A model generated the notes under the pieces. The model was not told the DNA's origin. It saw nothing but the letters and a program-made list of their open reading frames with translations, and made no database searches. A program made the translations under genes and the position numbers. Positions 25,770 to 32,258 of a stretch of DNA of 32,258 nucleotides are shown here, one piece after another. Every line of letters starts with the position of its first letter. Position 1 is the first letter of the stretch. The DNA is from Asterionella formosa (lineage: Eukaryota): the NCBI GenBank assembly GCA_002256025.1, contig NKIB01000503.1, forward strand, positions 1 through 32,258. The letters run 5' to 3'.

Positions 25770-27837
25770 CCAAGTTTCCACCCAAATAATTTCGATGTCT
25801 CACGAAGACATTTTTCTCCCACATGTCCGAGCATTTCATGCCCTTCATTTATTTCCACAATCACATCATTATTTTCGTTCGCTTTTCTTTTCTCGATCGT
25901 TTCACCAATCGCTTTCATCGTTTTCTTCTTTACGTCGACTTTCGTCCATTCATTCTCGTCTTCTTTATCATAGTTGATAGATTGTTGTTTTAGCTTCTCG
26001 CTTTGTCTTCTTGTTCAACCTCCAACACCGTTTCCTTTAGAATAGGTGTTCCTTGCACATGGTACATTGCACCAATTGTCCTCGTTTCATCACGTTTGCA
26101 GATCAAAAATCCGTTGTTGTTTCTGATCGTCATCTCATCATCGTCAAACATAACTTTATTTCCCTTGTCAATAATTCTCGAAATGCTGATGATGTTCTGC
26201 TTGAACTACGGTGCATAGAGCATATTGGTGAGATTCAACACTTTTCCTTTGTCTGTCGTCGTAAGGGTCACCGTGCCTGATATGGTCGCAACAATCGCTG
26301 CGCCATTTCCCGCAAGTGCTGTTTCACGCACTGCGCGCTTGTCCTCCATGATTCGCTCATCATTGCATATAGATACTATCTAGTAGCCAACGGTCCTTAT
26401 GCACGCACGTATGATTTACCTCTTCGTTGTACTTTGCCTCCATACACGTCACCACGAACATTCCTTGCGTAGTGGTATTGGCTTCTTCTCCTTTCTGTTT
26501 GATTGGTGCATTTTGTTGATTGTTGCACTCACTGGCATAGTGCCCCATCTTCTGGCAATTATAACACTTCACATTCTTTCTCTTATTTCGTTGCTTGGGA
26601 GATAATTCTCTCTTTTCTGTAGTATTGCCCTTGCTTCGGCAATCAAATGTCTTGTGACCATACTTGCCACACTTCCTGCAGTCTCCCTTAAACTTACTTT
26701 TTGAAAAGAAGGCCTGCTCGCCATTCTTATTCGTCTTGGTTTCGTCACGCACATACAAATCGTAATAGTCGCGTACATTCTTCTTGACCTCTTGGATCGT
26801 GAGCTCGGAGCTCGCGAGACCATATTTTCCAACAACCAAACTCTTGTAGACTTCCGGTAGGTTGTTGATAACATGGGCCACATAGGCACCATCCGAAATT
26901 GCGGAGCTCGTTCAGCTCAATTGTTCTCGAATTCTATCCAACTCAACAAACCAAATGTCGGGGTGCTCATTCTCGTTAATCGTGCATTTTGTCTACTGAC
27001 CTGACAAGGCAATCACATTTGCCATATTACAAGACTTGTACATAGACGACACTAAGCAACTTGTCCCACGCTTCCTTCGCATTTCCATTGGGGAACTCTG
27101 CACTTCTGGCACCATTTACGTATCCAAATGGTCCACTCTAACATGCCATAATCAAACTTGCATAGGCAACCGTATTATTTCGATTCGCACGCTTCTCATC
27201 ATTGTCACTCAGGACAATCTCTACTCCAGCTGAATCTCTCTCACCTGGTGATACTTCATCTCCACTTAGGATTCCTTCAAAACCTTTGTAGCAGGCATAA
27301 GCCACAAACTTCGCTTTCCAAACATGCCACTTGGCATCGGTACCATCCAATGTTGGCAACCGCACTCCTGACGATTCATTGTCAATTCCCATCTTGAGTA
27401 CCCTTTCAAATCCTATCCGCTTTAAAGTGTGTTGAAATGGTCCATACTCCTTCCCGCGGGCTGGGTCTCTCTTCATGTAGACTCTTACATGCTCTTAGTA
27501 CTACCTAGTACCACTTACTTTCTCTGTTGTCTCTGCTTCGAGCCTTCCTGCTAGATAGACTAATTGACCTTCCTGTCAATTAACACAATGTTTCCTCGGT
27601 TGATAAGCAACTAAACTCAAATTAAATTACAAGCTTAACTAAATGTTTCCTTTCCATGCATCTTTGCTTCCCGCAAAGTGGTTCTAAGAATCTCTTCGAG
27701 TTTCCACTCAACATTTCCATAGAAATCTTCAATCTTTGATCTTGTTAGACAGCTGATTGACGTGGCAATGCAATATTCGACTCGTTCGATTACAATCGAG
27801 TCCACAATCCTTGTGACTCGGGCTAATATTCTTGATA
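25770..27837 (-). mobile_element. Ty1/copia LTR retrotransposon, copy B (5' LTR 27430-27837, gag, protease, start of integrase; 3'-truncated)
   Basis: 26081-27837 aligns collinearly with 1-1769 at visually >90% identity. It continues to a pre-integrase His motif (EINEGHEMLGHVGEKCLRET) and stops near 25770. Extra lesions: TAG stops, small insertions near 27045-27060, and loss of the protease DSGAT motif near 26371. Confidence 0.93.
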
Positions 27838-27952
27838 ATCGTAGGGATGATCAAAACGTTGGCTCTAGCTAAGATATATAGTATGCACTAAATATAGCTA
27901 CAACCCAAAGTCCTCTCAAAAATTCTTCCAATCGTCCTAAATAGCATTCACC

Positions 27953-29238
27953 ATGACCATTCTGAAGCTCATAGCCACCGGAATCTTCGCACTTTTAGCT
28001 GCATGCTTCATGGCGTCATGCGCAAAGCCTGTATTAGCTCTGGCTGTTCCTGCCCCCGCCAGACTTAAAAATCTTTTGGAAAGGGGCGGTGAGGGCGATA
28101 TGCCGATTCTGTTGCCATGTTGTTACGATGGTTTAACTGCGAGGCTTGTTGCCAGAGCTGGATTTGAAGCGACATTCATGACTGGCTTTGGCGTTTCAGG
28201 TAACATGTGGAATCCTCGCTGTTCCATGTCGCCTTTCGCCATCTACTCTCAAAATGATATTTTCATCTTTCTTTATAGGTGTAAACGGCTACCCCGACAC
28301 CCAACTTGTCTCGTATGGCGAAATGCAAGCTGCAGCTTCCTCGGTATCTGAAGGTCTATCAAGTGCTGCTCTAGAGCTTAAACAAGAACCCATCCCCTGT
28401 ATAGCAGATGGTACGAGAAAAGAGTGATTTATTTTATATTCTGTACCATTTATCGTTCTGCTCATTTTATTATTGTCACGACACTTGCCATATGCAGGTG
28501 ACACTGGATATGGGAATGCAGTCAATGTGAAACGAACTGTGTTTGGATACGCAAGAGCGGGCATGGCGGGAATCATGATAGAGGATCAAATCTCACCCAA
28601 AAGATGTGGTCATGTATCGGGAAAGTCGGTTGTGAGCTTCGACGAGGCGGTCCAGCGTGTCAAGGCGGCGTGTAATGCCAGGTGAGCATATGGCATTGTT
28701 TGATTGGTGATTCAAAGTCAAAAGTCCACTTGAATGATCCTTTCATTAATTTCATCTAACTCAAGTATGCATGTATACATATAGAGATGAGGTTGAGTTT
28801 CAGTTCGGGGCTGGAACAGGTCCTCTTATATTGGCAAGAACAGATGCACTCAAAACTGATGGCTTCGAGGAAGCGATTCGGCGATGCCTTGCCTTCAGAG
28901 AAGCCGGATGTGATATGACATTTTTGGAAGCGCCTGAATCTGTTGAACAGATGAAAGAGTATTGTGATCGAGTCTCAGGTCCAAAGCTGGCCAATATGTT
29001 AGAATATGGGTCAACACCAATTTTGCCACCAACAAAACTGAAAGAAATGGGCTACTCCATGGCTGCATATCCACTAACACTGTTGTCCGCTTCTATTAAA
29101 GCAATGCAAGAGTCTTTGAAGCGAATCAAACTAGGATCACCCACTGATGACCTGATTTTAACTTTTGCTGAGACCAAAGATGCTGTTGGATTCACCAAAT
29201 ACAGTGAAGAGGAGAGTCGATATAAAGTAAATGAGTAG
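27953..29238 (+). CDS. Isocitrate lyase/PEP mutase superfamily lyase (methylisocitrate lyase / carboxyPEP mutase / oxaloacetate hydrolase-like) with an N-terminal signal peptide. Exons 27953-28199, 28279-28410, 28498-28681, 28785-29238
   Basis: PCCYDGLTARLV, FMTGFGVS, IADGDTGYGN, IEDQISPKRCGH, LARTDA, FLEAP and ANMLEYG. Three GT-AG introns restore the frame. Confidence 0.92.
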
Positions 29239-30259
29239 TTCCATGAGTAGTTTGTTATTATTATGCAAAAATCATCTTTTTTTGTGTTTGTTTTTCAATT
29301 CTTGCTCATACTACGGTATGACACAAGGTGCCAGCCCAATGGAAGGTATGATACAGTTGTGGGCATATATTATTGAGATTATGGTACCAGCAATCATGCC
29401 TACTTTCTGTTAAAGCAACAAGTGTTAGGCAAAAAATCAGAAACAATTTAAACTAGGGACCCTTTGGTTCTCTACAAAAACAAGAAACAAGAAGACTTGA
29501 TCAATTGCTTGCTTGGCATGCTCAAATCACAATATTAGCAAGAAAATTACTAGTATCAGCACAGCTGAAGCTGATCACTATTGGCATGCTCAAAATTGCA
29601 ATATTAGAACAGACAAAATTACAACTAGATCCATCAGATCTGATGCTACTGTCCAGTGGTGGCACAATTCATAATTTACTTTATTTTCTAAGTAGTTGCA
29701 TATAGAGGCATAACTATAATGTATTGGTTTGATGGTGTACCACACTAAAACTAGTGGGCTGTGCGGCCTTTAGTGCTTTTGCTCTTGAGGACTTGACTTA
29801 ATTGTCCTACAGTGGTACTATCCTTTGGATTCTTATTAATGGTACATATGTACTGTTTATCAGGTAGCCTACTACCAGGAATGAAATCCAAGTCTGCATT
29901 CAGGGTTATACATACTATATAACAGAGTAGCAAGCAAGGAAACCAAGCACGACCAGCAGGAATTAAATGCAACCAAGGTACCCCCAGTACAGTACCCTTG
30001 AAGCTACTTTGACTCAATTACCGACTTGTTTGGCTGCCTTTCCTGCAAATATTTCCTTGCTTTTGGGAAGATAGTTTTTGGTCTGTACCAACTAATCTTT
30101 AGGCTCATAGTTGGGTTTTCGATTTCGGTTCTATGTAGCGTAGGTGATTTCTTCACTCCGGGTCCCCTTAGCTGCAGTAGAAATTGCACTTTAGCCGGCC
30201 ATTTTCTGTTTATGGCCCATTTCCTTGTGGGATGAGTGCCATGCCATGTGGTATGATCT

Positions 30260-30410
30260 TGGCTCACGGACTTGGTGAATTTCGCCACCTGTTTGCGAAT
30301 GTAGGTGAGAAATGCGTTGGATTTCAACCGGCTGATGAGCATCACCATGTAGTGGGGTAGTTTGGCACGCCAGACAGGATCGTGGCCATTGCTGCTGTGC
30401 TACGTATTGT
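30260..30410 (-). mobile_element. Tyrosine recombinase C-terminal fragment (DIRS/Ngaro- or Crypton-type element relic)
   Basis: TIRSTAAMATILSGVP (frameshift) YMVMLISRLKSNAFLTYIRKQV matches the YR pattern HSxRxGAA...IMxxGRWxSxAFxxYIR, including the catalytic Tyr. Confidence 0.75.
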
Positions 30411-30764
30411 TGAAATTGCGTCCCAGCAAAGCACTCTATGCTTTCTTGTATCCTGTAAGGACACGTCAGGGACCAAATAGGCTGTAGATATGAATAACGA
30501 TGTTGTTGTAATCGATTGTAATTGTTCCTAAGAGTTTTAGTAGAATTATGGGTTTTACTGTTGATGTAGATTGTTTTCGAATTCTGAGTTTTCTCTGGTA
30601 CCATATTCTTTTTGATTCATTCGATTCAATATGTAGTAGGTAATTTATACCGGGATTTTCTTTCCTAAAATAATTTCTCCAACACACTCCTGCTGGACAC
30701 GGATGCTCACTTTGAATTCATAATTTGCTGATGAAAATGAATAAATTTCGTTCCAACCAGTGGT

Positions 30765-32040
30765 TGTTATGAATCACCTCTTGACATTATATGTCAATAT
30801 ATGTCTGTGTCTGTTTGTCTGCCAGTACCTATGCATCTTACTTAAATTATCGTTCTTCTATATCAACTTAATCTAATCACTCTTTTAACAAACACACCTT
30901 CCAATCTCCTTTTGAGCTTGTCAGGTTAGTTATCGGACTCCCCTCCTCCCTCGTCTCCTTGTTCATTGACCTTGTCGATCTCTCTCATCCCCTCCTTCAC
31001 TGCAGGTTATGAGCCTAAGTTATTCTCTTGCAATTCAATTACAATTCAACATTTTCAATTCGTCAACTTGCACGTACTTCGTTGTCATCTTCACTTATTT
31101 GCTCTCTTTTGGATTGTGATAATTCCTTGACATTGACCTCCAAGTCAATCAGCAGCTATTTTATCTATTGTTACTGTTGAAGCGAGTTGCTTATCCAATC
31201 AAAGAAGAAAAGAAACTTTGGTAATTTTTCGATCAGCCACCATTGTCTATTTCGTTCGTGGGGCATCCAAATCACTACTGGTGGCACTTTAGACGCACAT
31301 TTCTATAAGTGGATACCAGAGAAATTTTCTGTGGACAAGGTTGCTCCACATTTTCTTTGCACTTAATTTTCTGTGGACAAGATTGGTCCACATTTGTTCT
31401 TCTTCCAGAATTCTCAAAGACAGCTGGTGTTCTTTGATACGCTAGTCGATCTGAAACCTAAACCATGTCATTTATCGTCCTTCTGTGGTGGCGCAATCAT
31501 AGCTACGTCGATTATTTATTCAGTCTTCGGGCACAGTGTGAATTAAAATCACGTTTTGTTGGTTTTCTAATCAATGCCAGTACAGAAGCATTTTGCTTCT
31601 TGGTGCTGAAAGGAACATTCCGATTGCAACAAAAATATTTGGGTTTCAATCCAGATACCCATGAAATTTCAGAGAACGATATTCGTCATTCTACCGATTT
31701 TGTCGACATTGGTGGGAAACCACTTATTAAAAAAAGTGTGAGCAAGGGAAGAAAGTTCAGTTTCAAATGGTCTTACTGATCAATGGACTGATGATTTACT
31801 CGTTTATTATAAGGAAATCTACACTGGACTTTCACAAAAAGAATCGATCTGAATATGGAAGGAATCCTAGTGGAATTGCTACTCCCACCACAAATATCAT
31901 CTACCCACACTCATACTTCTCATTTCCAAACGTAAGTAAAGAGGATATGCATCAATTTGTTGAATCACTTCAACCAAATGTTCCTGAAAAGAATATTGAT
32001 TATAATGACCGCATTAATCAACGGGAGCGACATTGATGAC
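30765..32040 (+). mobile_element. Probable LTR retrotransposon 5' end (putative LTR ~30765-31004, PBS 31005-31015, leader, decayed ORF from ~31465)
   Basis: ...TGCA is followed directly by GGTTATGAGCC, the copia-type PBS complementary to the anticodon region of initiator tRNA-Met. A pyrimidine-rich segment lies upstream and a frameshifted ORF downstream. The LTR start (TGTTAT at 30765) is tentative. Confidence 0.55.
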
Positions 32041-32258
32041 GATGACGATGTTGATTTTGAATGGATCTAATAGAATCCAATGCATACTTAGTAGTTGTTA
32101 CATAATAATTATAGTAATGTGAGACTTCTACAATGCAAGCCATATCATAGATGATAGGAAAACATTGATTCTGCTCTATACTACTATTACTATTAGTGCC
32201 GCCTGTACTACATGTAGCGGTATACCTCCATTTTTACTACTATGGTGGAGTGATAATT

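Noticed and set aside
31323..31396. CRISPR-like repeat
   Set aside because: Only two units with an ~11-bp spacer, a eukaryotic context and no cas genes.

Overview
Eukaryotic genomic DNA, most likely from a diatom or related stramenopile. This is an inference from the short GT-AG introns, an 'SA-F' bipartite plastid presequence and diatom-style copia gag motifs. Five intact, spliced host genes sit among decayed transposons: (1) an atypical ~1,040-aa membrane-anchored NADPH-cytochrome P450 reductase-like diflavin reductase, (2) a bZIP transcription factor, (3) plastid glutamyl-tRNA reductase (hemA), (4) an APC7-like TPR protein and (5) a signal-peptide-bearing ICL/PEP-mutase-superfamily lyase. 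Mobile DNA includes two closely related defective Ty1/copia copies (1-1769 and ~25770-27837), a pogo/DDE_1-type transposase relic, a degenerate gag from another LTR element, a tyrosine-recombinase fragment, and a further LTR element with a half-tRNA-iMet-type PBS. I see no clearly new multi-gene system. The best leads are: the copia family, which has a long hairpin where the tRNA primer site should be, a gag stop shared by both copies, CpG-biased decay and head-to-head insertion at gene 5' ends; the CPR-like protein with a ~370-aa Ser-rich insert and altered C-terminal flavin-site residues; and dense GTAC/ACCGGT palindrome clouds upstream of three genes. All calls were made by eye; no database searches were run.
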